The notes under the pieces are model-generated. The model was given only the letters and a program-made list of their open reading frames with translations, made no database searches and was not told the origin of the DNA. Shown here piece by piece: positions 48,854 to 58,326 of a DNA stretch of 64,000 nucleotides; position 1 is the stretch's first letter, and each line of letters opens with the position of its first letter. Location: assembly GCA_025998755.1 (NCBI GenBank), contig AP024674.1, positions 876,467 through 940,466 of the forward strand, written 5' to 3'. The position numbers and the translations under genes are program-made. The DNA is from Armatimonadota bacterium (GTDB lineage Bacteria; Armatimonadota; UBA5829; DSUL01).

Positions 48854-51243
48854 ACGCCGCGGTCGCGGGGAGGTTGAGTGCAGCCGGGCGGACCCGCTTC
48901 GGTCATTTCTCGGAAGACGGCAGGGAATTCGTCATCCGCCGGCCAGACACTCCGCGGCCCTGGGTGAACGTTCTGTGCAACGACGATCCGGGATACGGGT
49001 GCATTTGGAGCCAGGCGGGAGGTGGTTATAGCTGGCTGGTCAACGCGGAGTTGAACCGGATCACCTTCTGGCAGCAGGACCTGATCCGGGATGACCGTGG
49101 GCGTTTTATCTATCTGCAGGATGCCCGGACCGGCGAGCTCTGGTCGGCCGGGTACCAGCCTGTCCGGCGGAAGCCCGAAGCCTTCGAATGCCGCCATGGG
49201 GCGGGCTACTCCGTCCTTAGCTCCCAGAACTCGGGCGTTCTCAGCCGGTTGACGGTCTTTGTGCCGCCGGCAGCGCCGCTGGAGGTCTGGCTGCTGGAGG
49301 TTGCAAACTTCTCGGGAGCCCCGCGCGATATCCTGGTTACCAGCTATCTGGAATGGTGCCTGGGCACAGCGCACGACACTCACCGGGAGTTCCATCGCAT
49401 CTTCATAGAAACGGAGTTCATCCGAGAACGCAGCGCCATCTTGGCGCGCAAGCGTCTGTGGGCCATCCCAAACGCCCTGGGCCAGGGATGGAACCGCAAC
49501 TGGGAGGGAACGGCATTTCACGCTTGCTCCCTACCCGTCGCCGCGTTCGAGTGCGACCGGGAGGTGTTTGTCGGGAGATACGGTTCTCTGGAATCGCCTG
49601 CCGCTTTGACTAACGGGCGGATGGCGGGGACCAGCGGACGATGGGGGGATCCCATCGCATCCCTTCAGGCCCCCCTCCGCTTGGGACCGGGTGAGTCGGC
49701 GGAGTTGGTCTTCGTTCTGGGCGCAGCCAATAGCGACGCAGTTGCGTTGTCTCTGGCGGAGCAGTACTGCAACGTCAAGCGTGCGGCCGAGGCGCTCCGC
49801 GAAACTCAGCTATGGTGGAGAAACCGTCTGGATGGCTACTCGGCCGAGACCCCGGACCCGGGACTGAATGCTCTGCTTAATACTTGGCTCCGCTATCAGG
49901 CCATGGCGGGGCGCCTCTGGGGGCGCAGCGGATACTATCAACCGGGCGGGGCATACGGCTTCCGTGATCAGCTACAAGACAGCCTGGTCTTCCTGCCGAC
50001 AGAGCCGGATCGGACCCGCCGTCAGATCCTGCTGCACGCGGCACACCAGTTCTCTGCCGGGCACGTGTTCCACTGGTGGCAGCCGATCGCCGAGTCCGGC
50101 GCGCACAGCAGGTTTTCAGACGATCTCCTCTGGCTACCGTTTGCGGTGCTGGCCTATATCCGGGAGACCGGCGACACGGCCATCCTGAATTTTCAAGCGC
50201 CTTTTGTGGACGGCCCTTCGGATACCATCCGGAACCACTGCGAGCGCGCGCTCGATCTGGCCCTGTCCCGAAGGAGTCCCCGTGGCCTGCCGCTCATGGG
50301 CGAGGGGGACTGGAACGATGGCCTTTCGGCGGTCGGCTGGGAGGGTAAAGGCGAATCGGTATGGGTGGGACATTTTCTGTGCTATCTCCTTCCGCGCTGG
50401 GCGGAGCTGGCCAGGACCGTGGGTGACGGCGAGCGCGCGGCACAGTACCTGCAGGCGGCCCAAGACCTGCAGGCTGCCATCAACAGGTGGGCCTGGGACG
50501 GCCAGTGGTATTTCCGGGCGACCTGCGACGATGGGACGGTGATCGGCGGCAGTGCGTGCAATGAAGGCCAGATATTCCTGAACGCTCAAACATGGTCGAT
50601 CATCGCCGGGGTCTGCCCTCCCGAGCGCCGTAGGCAACTTATGCGGACGGTCCGGGACCGGCTCTATACGGCAGCCGGGCCGGTGCTGCTCCGTCCGGCA
50701 TACACCGTGCCGGATGAACGGATTGGATACCTCACCCGTTACGCTCCCGGGGTGCGGGAGAACGGGGGTGTGTATCTCCACGCGGCAACGTGGGCGATCT
50801 GGGCCGAGTGCCTGCTCGGCCGCGCAGAGCAAGCCTGGAGACTTGTTCAGAGCATCTCTCCTTGCATTCGTGCACTGGACGCTGAACTGTACCGCGCCGA
50901 GCCATACGTAACGCCCGGGAACATCGATGGCCCGGACTCGCCGCACTTCGGGCGCGGGGGGTGGACGTGGTACACCGGATCGGCCGCCTGGCTGTTCCGG
51001 GTGGTTGCGGAGTGGTTGCTGGGAGTCCGTCCCGCCAGGGAAGGACTGCGAGTTGCCCCCTGCATCCCTGAGGACTGGGACGGTTTTCGGGTGTACCGTC
51101 GCTTCCGTGGAGCGGGCTACCAGATCGCTGTTTCCAGAAATGGTGAGGGGGGGAAGCTTATGGTGGACGGCCGCCCTGTTGCAGGGGACATTGTGCCAGC
51201 ATTCCACGACGGGAAAGACCATCAGGTCGAACTCCTGTTGTAG
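48850..51243 (+). CDS. glycoside hydrolase family 94 phosphorylase (cellobiose/oligoglucan phosphorylase type)
   Basis: N-terminus FGHFSEDGREFVIRRPDTPRPWVNVLCND typical of GH94; 797 aa; start overlaps LacI stop. Confidence 0.8.
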   Translation: MNAAVAGRLSAAGRTRFGHFSEDGREFVIRRPDTPRPWVNVLCNDDPGYGCIWSQAGGGYSWLVNAELNRITFWQQDLIRDDRGRFIYLQDARTGELWSAGYQPVRRKPEAFECRHGAGYSVLSSQNSGVLSRLTVFVPPAAPLEVWLLEVANFSGAPRDILVTSYLEWCLGTAHDTHREFHRIFIETEFIRERSAILARKRLWAIPNALGQGWNRNWEGTAFHACSLPVAAFECDREVFVGRYGSLESPAALTNGRMAGTSGRWGDPIASLQAPLRLGPGESAELVFVLGAANSDAVALSLAEQYCNVKRAAEALRETQLWWRNRLDGYSAETPDPGLNALLNTWLRYQAMAGRLWGRSGYYQPGGAYGFRDQLQDSLVFLPTEPDRTRRQILLHAAHQFSAGHVFHWWQPIAESGAHSRFSDDLLWLPFAVLAYIRETGDTAILNFQAPFVDGPSDTIRNHCERALDLALSRRSPRGLPLMGEGDWNDGLSAVGWEGKGESVWVGHFLCYLLPRWAELARTVGDGERAAQYLQAAQDLQAAINRWAWDGQWYFRATCDDGTVIGGSACNEGQIFLNAQTWSIIAGVCPPERRRQLMRTVRDRLYTAAGPVLLRPAYTVPDERIGYLTRYAPGVRENGGVYLHAATWAIWAECLLGRAEQAWRLVQSISPCIRALDAELYRAEPYVTPGNIDGPDSPHFGRGGWTWYTGSAAWLFRVVAEWLLGVRPAREGLRVAPCIPEDWDGFRVYRRFRGAGYQIAVSRNGEGGKLMVDGRPVAGDIVPAFHDGKDHQVELLL

Positions 51244-51288
51244 CTACAGCGCGCCCCTGATGCGGAGTTGAGAAACGTGTCGGTTCTA

Positions 51289-51318
51289 TTGACGGGGCTT
51301 CCGCCTTCGCCCTATAAT
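51289..51318 (+). promoter_or_regulatory. near-consensus sigma70 promoter
   Basis: TTGACG (51289-51294), 18-nt spacer, TATAAT (51313-51318); about 55 nt upstream of the 51377 start with gggaggagaagggg RBS. Confidence 0.45.
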
Positions 51319-51376
51319 CTCGCCGCCGGCTGCGGCCCAAAGGCTGCGATTGAGACCGGGAGGAGAAGGGGCTGAA

Positions 51377-52075
51377 ATGAACCTTAAGACTGCGAAGCGC
51401 GCAGGGCTGAGCCTGGCGCTGCTCATCCTCGTATGCGAAGCTGCTGTGGCATACAGCATCGTGAACGTGCCCACTGCCAACCAGGCGGCTTTGCGGGAAG
51501 TTAACCTTGCCTACTACAGCATGTCTGTGGACAGGCTGCCGGTCACGCACAAGGACATCATCATTATCTACTCCACGGTAGCGCCGAACCTCGAGGTGGA
51601 GTACTTCCACATCAATATCAACAAGGGGGCTCCCTCGCAGAATCTGGTGAACGCCAGCTACAGGTTGGTGAGCGAAACGGCGCAGATCCCGGACGTAGTG
51701 GTGGGCGCCAAGAATATCTTCGAGGACGACCACTCGCCCAATCCCGATGAGCAGAAGCGCTCCTATTACATCGCCACCGCAAAGACCCTGAACCCGCCGA
51801 AGCCGGGAGCCGCCTGGCAGCCCGTGGTGCGTCTGCACGTGAACTACGGCACCCGGGAGCACAGGGGACTGTTCGGTGGTGTCCAGATCGCGGTCACGCC
51901 GCAGCTGGGGATCGCGGCAATGAAGTTCTCCAGCTCACCCTATGTGGACACCTTTTTCGGCAACTCGATGGAATATGCCGTCGTTTACTCGCTCGGGAAA
52001 GGGCGTCCCACGCTGAAGGCGGGCACTCTGGGCCGCCACGAATGGGTGGGACTGGATTACAGCATCTTCTTCTGA
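51377..52075 (+). CDS. hypothetical exported protein, possible outer-membrane beta-barrel
   Basis: Signal peptide (LSLALLILVCEAAVA), alternating beta-strand-like pattern, C-terminal aromatic residues (YSIFF). Confidence 0.5.
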   Translation: MNLKTAKRAGLSLALLILVCEAAVAYSIVNVPTANQAALREVNLAYYSMSVDRLPVTHKDIIIIYSTVAPNLEVEYFHININKGAPSQNLVNASYRLVSETAQIPDVVVGAKNIFEDDHSPNPDEQKRSYYIATAKTLNPPKPGAAWQPVVRLHVNYGTREHRGLFGGVQIAVTPQLGIAAMKFSSSPYVDTFFGNSMEYAVVYSLGKGRPTLKAGTLGRHEWVGLDYSIFF

Positions 52076-52172
52076 AGTAGCTGTCTCTTGCACCCTGGCT
52101 CCGCGAAACAGCCACCTTGCCTTCCGGGAGGCTTGCGCGGATCCATTTGTTCCCGGGAAAGGATCTTCTGGA

Positions 52173-53735
52173 GTGAGTTGTCCGGACTTGCGCATTGCGG
52201 CGGCTTTGCTGATCGCCGCAGCAGTTCCCGTGGTTCTCCCGCTACCAGTGACGGCTGACGTGAGGACCGCGGCGCTGTTCTCCGACGGGGCCGTGCTTCA
52301 GAGGCAGCGGCCCGTTCCGGTGTGGGGATGGGGCGACGAGGGTGAGAATGTTACCGTCCACTTCAACGGACAGCAAAAATCAACAACCGTCCGGGGAGGC
52401 AGGTGGATGGTTCGGCTGGATCCGATGGAGGCGGGAGGTCCGTTTACCCTTACGATTCGCGGCCGCAACACCGTGGAAGTGCGGGATGTGCTGGTGGGCG
52501 AGGTCTGGGTGTGCAGCGGGCAGTCGAACATGCAGTGGCCCATGAAGCTGTCTGACATGCCGGAGCCGGATACCATCCAGAAGTCCGCAGACCCGCAAAT
52601 GCGCCTGTTTACCGTGCCTCGGCGCGCAGCGGACACGCCGCAGTCCGATGTGCAGTCGCGTTGGGAACCTTGCGATCCCTCCACGGTGCCAGATTTCTCT
52701 GCCGTTGGCTATTTCTTCGGACGAATGTTGAGAAAAGAGCTTGGTGTGCCGGTTGGCCTTATAAGTACTAACTACGGGGGCACCCCTGCCCAGGCGTGGA
52801 CAAGTTGTCCGGTGCTTCGGTTCGATCCGCTTCTCCGCAACCTGCTGGAACGCCAAGAGAAGGCTGTCGCCGAATATCCTGCCAGGCTGGCCGAGTGGCG
52901 CAGGGTGATGGATGCGCATCGGCAGGAGGTGGAGAAGGCCCGACAGGAGGGCCGCGAGCCCCCGCGTCCGCCCGCTCAGCCGCAGAATCCGGCAGAGTCT
53001 CCGCAGAGGCCCTGTGGTCTTTACAACGCGATGATCGCACCCCTCATCCCCTATGCCATCCGGGGCGTCATTTGGTATCAGGGCGAATCCAACGCGGGAG
53101 AAGCGTGGCTGTACCGCAGGCTGTTTCCGGCGATGATCCGCAACTGGCGCGCCAACTGGGGACAGGGAGACTTTCCGTTCCTGTTCGTGCAACTTGCTCC
53201 CTATACCAAGATCAAGCCGGAGCCCGGCGACAGTAAATGGGCGGAGCTCCGGGAGGCCCAGCTTCTGACCGCTCTAAACGTGCCGAACACGGCGATGGCG
53301 GTCATCACGGATCTTGGTGACGAGGACGATATTCATCCTAAGCGCAAGGCGCCCGTCGGAGAGCGACTGGCCCTCGCCGCGCTTGCGAAGGCTTACGGGC
53401 GGAACGTGGAGTATTCCGGGCCCGTATACCGGACAATGCAGACCGAAGGAAGCCGCGTGCGGCTAAGTTTCGACCACGCGGAGGGGGGCCTAGTGGTCCA
53501 CGGTGACCGCCTGACCGGGTTTACCATCGCCGGAGCGGACGGTCGCTTTGTGAATGCGCAAGCGCGTGTGGAAGGCAACCAGGTCATCGTGTGGAGCCCA
53601 CAGGTCCCCAGACCGGCCGCCGTGCGCTTCGGGTGGGCGGATTATCCTGTTGTGAATCTCTACAACAGGGCCGGTCTTCCCGCCTCACCGTTCCGGACGG
53701 ATGACTTCTTGATGGTGACTGGGCCGCGCAGCTAG
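52173..53735 (+). CDS. sialate O-acetylesterase-like carbohydrate esterase (SASA domain)
   Basis: Signal peptide; motifs LFSDGAVLQRQRPVPVWGWG, WVCSGQSNMQWPM, VIWYQGESNAGEAW. Confidence 0.75.
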   Translation: MSCPDLRIAAALLIAAAVPVVLPLPVTADVRTAALFSDGAVLQRQRPVPVWGWGDEGENVTVHFNGQQKSTTVRGGRWMVRLDPMEAGGPFTLTIRGRNTVEVRDVLVGEVWVCSGQSNMQWPMKLSDMPEPDTIQKSADPQMRLFTVPRRAADTPQSDVQSRWEPCDPSTVPDFSAVGYFFGRMLRKELGVPVGLISTNYGGTPAQAWTSCPVLRFDPLLRNLLERQEKAVAEYPARLAEWRRVMDAHRQEVEKARQEGREPPRPPAQPQNPAESPQRPCGLYNAMIAPLIPYAIRGVIWYQGESNAGEAWLYRRLFPAMIRNWRANWGQGDFPFLFVQLAPYTKIKPEPGDSKWAELREAQLLTALNVPNTAMAVITDLGDEDDIHPKRKAPVGERLALAALAKAYGRNVEYSGPVYRTMQTEGSRVRLSFDHAEGGLVVHGDRLTGFTIAGADGRFVNAQARVEGNQVIVWSPQVPRPAAVRFGWADYPVVNLYNRAGLPASPFRTDDFLMVTGPRS

Positions 53736-53799
53736 GCCGGCATCTGTGCGGCCGCCGGACACACAGTCTGGCGGCCGCTCCGTCTTTCCGCCGGTGTCC

Positions 53800-54501
53800 T
53801 CACGGAAGATGACGGGTGGTGGGGCAGCGCCGCCACGCGTCCAGCCTCCTGAAGCCCTCGGCATAATCCACTCCGCAAGCCAGACCCCGGAAGCGTCCCT
53901 GCACGCGGATCATATCCAGGATGTCAATCCCGTCGTGGTCCTTCAGCCACCGGACCTGACTCTGATGGCAGTTCATCATAGCGAGCTTATCTTCGATGAC
54001 TTCCGTGATGTCCACGTATTCCGTCGGAATGAACGCCGCGCCGGCCAGGCTGTCCATATAGTAAAGGGGCGGGATCCCGTCCGTCCGCTCGTGAGCGGTC
54101 TCCACGTGGGGCAGGGAGGCCATGAATGAGCTCACGAAAACCAGTTCCGAAACGATCCGGTGATCCAGATGATAGTCGTCGGGGTTGTGCGTGATGACCA
54201 CATCGGGACGCGCCTGTCGCATCATATCAATGAACATCATCCGGGTCGCGTGGTCGTGGTAAATGAACTCGTCGTGGATATCCAGCCAGATTAGCTCTGC
54301 CCCGCAGACTCTGGCGGATGCTTCGGCTTCCTTTTTGCGTATCTCTTTCAACTCCGGTGGGGGAATGACCATGTGACCCTGCTCGCCGTTAGTGGCGACG
54401 CAGATGACCACCTGGTGTCCCTCCCGGGCGTAGCGCAGCAACGTTCCGGCGCACAGGATCTCGATATCATCGGGGTGGGCGCCCACAGCCAGTATTCTCA
54501 A
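53800..54501 (-). CDS. PIG-L/LmbE family N-acetylglucosaminyl deacetylase
   Basis: N-terminus MRILAVGAHPDDIEILCAGT and HNPDDYHLDH zinc-site motif. Confidence 0.8.
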   Translation of the reverse strand: MRILAVGAHPDDIEILCAGTLLRYAREGHQVVICVATNGEQGHMVIPPPELKEIRKKEAEASARVCGAELIWLDIHDEFIYHDHATRMMFIDMMRQARPDVVITHNPDDYHLDHRIVSELVFVSSFMASLPHVETAHERTDGIPPLYYMDSLAGAAFIPTEYVDITEVIEDKLAMMNCHQSQVRWLKDHDGIDILDMIRVQGRFRGLACGVDYAEGFRRLDAWRRCPTTRHLP

Positions 54502-54578
54502 CGTCGTGCATCCTCCTTCTTGTGTCTCTCGTGCCAGCCCGCAATGCCAGCCAATAGCTCAGGCCGGCACGGGAAAAC

Positions 54579-55559
54579 CTAGTCGTAGATACCCTCGCGT
54601 CGCCACACGTCCAGAATGAGCTCATAGCGAGACAGGCGCATTCCAGTGTAGATGCAGTTGCTGGTGGAGAAAATGTAGCCGTAGCCGGGCATTCCGTGGC
54701 GCAGGGCGTAACGGGCGGACTCGACACAGTCTTCGTCCGTTCCTGTGTCCAGCAGTCCGCAGTTCACGTTGCCAATCAGGCACAACCGTTGACCGTAAAG
54801 CCGCTTCACCTCCGCGATGTCCACTCCCGCCTGGGGATCAAGGGAATGCAGCGCGTGAGGACCGGCTTCCACGAGTTGATCAATGATGGGCATGATATTC
54901 CCGTCGGTGTGCTTTATGGTGTAGAACCCCATCTCCCTATAGCCCATGATGATCTGCTTCAGATACGGCGCCACAAACTCCGCGAACTGATCCGGACTGA
55001 GGAAGGGACCCGAATTCAGGCAGTAGTCCGAACAGAGGGCGAAGCCGTCCAAGCAGCCGTGTTCCCGCAGAACACGTGCTCGCTCCAGTGCCGCGTCCAC
55101 CATTCTCGAAGCCTCGTCCTTGATGCCTGCAGGATCGTCCGCAATCCGGTAGCTGAATTCCACCATCCGATCCCCCGGCGGTATGCCGTAGGTAGCGTCG
55201 CCATGGAGCATCAGGAAATACTTTAGACCGGACCGTTGACGGATGACATCCAGGAGCCGCCGCGTTTCATCAAGGTCGCCAGGGTTCGGGTGCACGAAGA
55301 TCGCATCGTGCTGAAAGCGCTCAGCAGTGGCGATGAAGACGTCGGCCATATCCTGTCGATGTAGCTGGCGCTCCTTCTCCTGCATCTGATCCCACTGCCC
55401 GTAAGCCCGGTGCAGGGGATGCACCTTCCCGAACGCTTCCATGGTGAGGAAAAAGACCAGCTCGAAATGCGGCACGCGCCCCTTGAGAGGCCTGCGCTCT
55501 AGCGCGGCAATGAAACGTTCACGCGGCATAAAGTCCTGGCCGACCGTTGTGTCCTGCAA
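54579..55559 (-). CDS. uroporphyrinogen decarboxylase (URO-D)-like family protein
   Basis: URO-D-like TIM-barrel sequence features across 326 aa; sits inside a sugar-type operon, so not assigned to heme synthesis. Confidence 0.6.
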   Translation of the reverse strand: MQDTTVGQDFMPRERFIAALERRPLKGRVPHFELVFFLTMEAFGKVHPLHRAYGQWDQMQEKERQLHRQDMADVFIATAERFQHDAIFVHPNPGDLDETRRLLDVIRQRSGLKYFLMLHGDATYGIPPGDRMVEFSYRIADDPAGIKDEASRMVDAALERARVLREHGCLDGFALCSDYCLNSGPFLSPDQFAEFVAPYLKQIIMGYREMGFYTIKHTDGNIMPIIDQLVEAGPHALHSLDPQAGVDIAEVKRLYGQRLCLIGNVNCGLLDTGTDEDCVESARYALRHGMPGYGYIFSTSNCIYTGMRLSRYELILDVWRREGIYD

Positions 55560-55586
55560 TTGATCTCCTTGGTTGCGACAAACCGC

Positions 55587-56324
55587 CTAGAGATAATGGA
55601 TCCTGTCGCGGTACTGCTCCAGCAGACGCGCGTTGTATTCGTCGCCTCCGTCCAGATTGGCGCTCCTGAAGACTGGCGGCTCAATGCCCCTCGCAAGGCA
55701 GATCTCCACCACCTCGACTGTGAGCGCATTCACCAGGGCGATCCCAGTGAGCGAAGAGAGGGGACCAATCCGCTGAGGGCATCCGGGAACCTCCACGGCC
55801 GCGTCTCCGACAGGCGCTCCGTTGTCCAGGACAACGTCACACAGGTCCGGCAGCTTGAGTCCCGAGGAGTCGCGACTTGATACCGCCGACGAATATGCAA
55901 CCGAGGTCACTCCGATGACCTTAATCTGCTGCTCGCGGGCTGCGCGCGCCATATCCACAACCACCGGGTTCCGGCCGGATGTGGAGGCGATGATCAGGAC
56001 ATCTCCGGCCGACGCAGGCGATGAGAGGAGCAGCTCCCGCCCGAGTCCCGGAATCCTTTCGAATCGCGAGGTGGCCGTCACGGGTCGGACGGAAAGGTTC
56101 ATTCCGTGAGGATAGATAGGGTTGACCAGCATCAATCCGCCGGTCCGATACACCATCTCTTCCGCAATCATGAACGAGTGGCTGGCCCCGAATGCGAACA
56201 GGCTGTTTCCCTGGGCAATAGCATCAGCAATGATGCAGGCAGCCTTGTGAAGATTGTCTTTCTGCCCTGTCCGAATCTTCTGCAAAGCTCCGGCGGCCGC
56301 GTCAAAATAGCTCTCCATCGGCAT
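55587..56324 (-). CDS. SIS-domain sugar-phosphate isomerase-like protein
   Basis: SIS fold features (NSLFAFGASHS, DVLIIASTSGRNPVVVDMARAAREQQIKVIGVTS). Confidence 0.65.
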   Translation of the reverse strand: MPMESYFDAAAGALQKIRTGQKDNLHKAACIIADAIAQGNSLFAFGASHSFMIAEEMVYRTGGLMLVNPIYPHGMNLSVRPVTATSRFERIPGLGRELLLSSPASAGDVLIIASTSGRNPVVVDMARAAREQQIKVIGVTSVAYSSAVSSRDSSGLKLPDLCDVVLDNGAPVGDAAVEVPGCPQRIGPLSSLTGIALVNALTVEVVEICLARGIEPPVFRSANLDGGDEYNARLLEQYRDRIHYL

Positions 56325-56328
56325 AAGG

Positions 56329-57066
56329 TCAGTAGCCCCTCTCGTTGTAGCGCTGAAGGCACTGCTCGTAATGGGCCGGACCCTCAGGACGGTTCACGCT
56401 TACGAAGACCGTGGGCGGGTCGCCCTCTGCCGCCATCTTCTCCATCACCGTCCCCCAGAGCATCCAGCCCAGGACGGTCATCGCCACGCCGGAGAGAGGA
56501 ATGGCTTTGACCTCCAGTCCCGGAACGTCCACGCAGGCATCCCCGTAAGGAACGCCGATATCCAGCACAATATCCGCAGCATCGCCCAGCTTCTTGCCGG
56601 ACGGATGCTGGGACTCTACGCGCGACGAATACTCCTTTGAGACCAGGGCAATAACGCTGACACCCTTCTTCTGGCACGCCAGCGCCATCTCCACGGCCTG
56701 ACGGCTCCTGCCAGATACCGAGGACAGCAACATCACGTCGCCTGCCTTCAAAGGGCTCTGTGAGACCGCAAAGCGGACGCGAGCCAGATCGGAGTCAGGG
56801 TCAGAAGAACGTTGCTGTCGGATGCAGTCGGGCAGCGGGGCCTGGAGGCTTATCGCAAAGGAGAACCGCTGGACCGCCGCCAACCCGCCTGCTCGATTGA
56901 TGAAATCTCCTTCCGTCCCGTGCCCGATGTTATGGCAGAATACGGCGCCGCCGGAACGGAGCGCCTGGACCACCAGATCCGCGGCGCGGTTTACCTGCTC
57001 CATCTGGGTGGATCCAAGGAAATCCAGAAGCTCCCGCACCCGATCCAGATACATCAGAGCCACCAT
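56329..57066 (-). CDS. SIS-domain sugar-phosphate isomerase-like protein (paralog)
   Basis: Paralogous to 55587..56324 (GAVFCHNIGHG, DVMLLSSVSGRSRQAVEMALACQKKGVSVIALVS); ATG 57066 preceded by aggggga. Confidence 0.65.
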   Translation of the reverse strand: MVALMYLDRVRELLDFLGSTQMEQVNRAADLVVQALRSGGAVFCHNIGHGTEGDFINRAGGLAAVQRFSFAISLQAPLPDCIRQQRSSDPDSDLARVRFAVSQSPLKAGDVMLLSSVSGRSRQAVEMALACQKKGVSVIALVSKEYSSRVESQHPSGKKLGDAADIVLDIGVPYGDACVDVPGLEVKAIPLSGVAMTVLGWMLWGTVMEKMAAEGDPPTVFVSVNRPEGPAHYEQCLQRYNERGY

Positions 57067-57070
57067 AGCG

Positions 57071-58084
57071 TCATCCCCCTTGTGCCGCGGGCAGCGCTTC
57101 ACGAAAGAGCTCGCCAGCGGTATTGAGCAACCTGGCTCGCCGTGCGGGATAGTCTTCTACAGAGATCTCCCTGAGAATGACCAGCGCAGCCCCGATCACG
57201 GGTGGCTGTCTGACCTGCACGACCTCCAGAGCCGGAGCTTGCTCCGCGAGAACCGCCTTCACATGCTCAGCGTAAAGACGCGAGTTCGCCCCCACACCGC
57301 CCGACAGAGCCACCGTGCACGGCGTGGCGATCAGGCCGACGCTTTCGGCGGCGTCCCGGATGGTCTGGGCGAGATCGGCGGCTGCCGACTGGAGGATCCT
57401 CAGAGCGATGGAATCTCCCTTTTCGGCTTCCTGGTCCACGATGCGCGCCAGGGCCGCGATCTCCGCCCGGTCTCTGCGTTCCAGCGAATAATCCACAAGC
57501 CTCCACCCGGACTCCTCCGGCGATTCCCCGGTGCAGGCCCGGTAGACCGGCTCGGCCAGCGACGTGCGGCGCCTCTCCGACCACCCGGAGCAGGCTGCGG
57601 CCCTCATGGCCTCACGCCCGATCTGATAACCTCCCCCGTGGTCGCCCAGCTCCGGTCCAAGACCGTCCAGTAACACATCTCTCCCCTCAGGCGAACGCGC
57701 ATAGACCAACGCTCCAGTCCCCGCGATGGCCACGATTCCCCATTGCATTCCAGCCAACTCCATAGGGCAATCCTGCTCGCGGACCGCGTGCCACATCGTT
57801 TGAAAGGAGCCTTGCAACGGCTCGATGGGCGGGCCGAGATCGGGGGAAACGTTGTGGTGCAGGAACGCCGGCCTTGAATCCGCCAGGGCCTGTTTGACCG
57901 CACGCTCAAGACTGCGACGGCTACGTCCGGATCCGCTCACCCCCCGGCCACCTTCCGGGTCCTCTATTCCGCTTCGTCCCACAGCGATGGCCGTTCCGTC
58001 CAGCTGGCACAGCAGCGCATCACACTTGCTGCCTCCTCTATCCACTGCGAGGACAAACGTACCGATTTCAGGATGTGCCTTCAT
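57071..58084 (-). CDS. BadF/BadG/BcrA/BcrD-type ATPase (N-acetylglucosamine kinase-like)
   Basis: N-terminal phosphate-1 motif VLAVDRGGSKCDALL and ASKHA-fold features (VAIAGTG, TVALSGGVG). Confidence 0.75.
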   Translation of the reverse strand: MKAHPEIGTFVLAVDRGGSKCDALLCQLDGTAIAVGRSGIEDPEGGRGVSGSGRSRRSLERAVKQALADSRPAFLHHNVSPDLGPPIEPLQGSFQTMWHAVREQDCPMELAGMQWGIVAIAGTGALVYARSPEGRDVLLDGLGPELGDHGGGYQIGREAMRAAACSGWSERRRTSLAEPVYRACTGESPEESGWRLVDYSLERRDRAEIAALARIVDQEAEKGDSIALRILQSAAADLAQTIRDAAESVGLIATPCTVALSGGVGANSRLYAEHVKAVLAEQAPALEVVQVRQPPVIGAALVILREISVEDYPARRARLLNTAGELFREALPAAQGG

Positions 58085-58326
58085 GGACGCCTTTTCCCGC
58101 TGAGCCTAAAACTCGTTGACCGGACCGCCCCAGAGTTCGTCCCGGCGGCACTGCTCCTCCTGCTGCAGTTTGGCGTATCTGCCAGGCCCATTGTCAGGCA
58201 AGAACGCGCAAAACCTGAAAACTCCCGGCTTTTTGCCGTTACTTGGGAGGTAGCAGTGTGTTACAACACCTGTAAACCGAGTCCAGAACCAGCGAGAGGA
58301 ATGGGAAACCCTTGCCTTCTGCCAGA

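Noticed and set aside
50134-51222. 362-aa ORF on the minus strand
   Set aside because: Antisense to the GH94 phosphorylase gene
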